Below, piece after piece: positions 63,985 through 64,000 of a DNA stretch of 64,000 nucleotides. The stretch's first letter is position 1. Every line of letters begins with the position of its first letter. Below the pieces are notes generated by a model. The model saw nothing but the letters and a program-made list of their open reading frames with translations. It ran no database searches and had not been told where the DNA came from. The translations under genes and the position numbers were made by a program. The stretch is taken from contig CAXXWS020000003.1 in NCBI GenBank assembly GCA_963665325.3, positions 800,001 to 864,000 of the forward strand. The letters are read 5' to 3'. The stretch is from Alphaproteobacteria bacterium (GTDB taxonomy: Bacteria > Pseudomonadota > Alphaproteobacteria > Bin95).

Positions 63985-64000
63985 CAAGCGGGACAGCCGA
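63974..64000 (+). CDS. start of the next gene (PglXI methyltransferase expected from BREX-3 gene order)
   Basis: ATG overlapping the upstream gene end; only 9 codons visible, identity inferred from synteny alone. Confidence 0.3.

Overview
GC-rich segment of a conjugative element (ICE or plasmid), probably from an alphaproteobacterium (it carries a GAAC-N7-GAAC LexA box). Left arm (1-18.5 kb): backbone, leading-region-type genes (strawberry-notch methylase/helicase, SSB, TOPRIM primase, DUF4326, SLOG proteins) and a cargo hotspot holding a nuclease-like gene, an FGE-domain + HicA-like operon behind a structured leader, and a DUF1778/GNAT TA pair. Centre (18.5-29.8 kb): a complete type I-G CRISPR-Cas locus (cas3, csx17, csb1, csb2, an array with 13 full 37-bp repeats, cas2, cas4/1), plus a degenerate one-spacer mini-array whose spacer partly matches the DNA upstream of cas3. 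29.9-53.5 kb: MOBF relaxase, TraD and an F-type T4SS operon, headed by a Cro-like/CI-like divergent switch that contains a host SOS box. Right end: an IS1634-family element and the start of a type 3 BREX locus with an AlbA_2/Schlafen gene inside it. All family calls come from recognising motifs by eye; no database searches were run.
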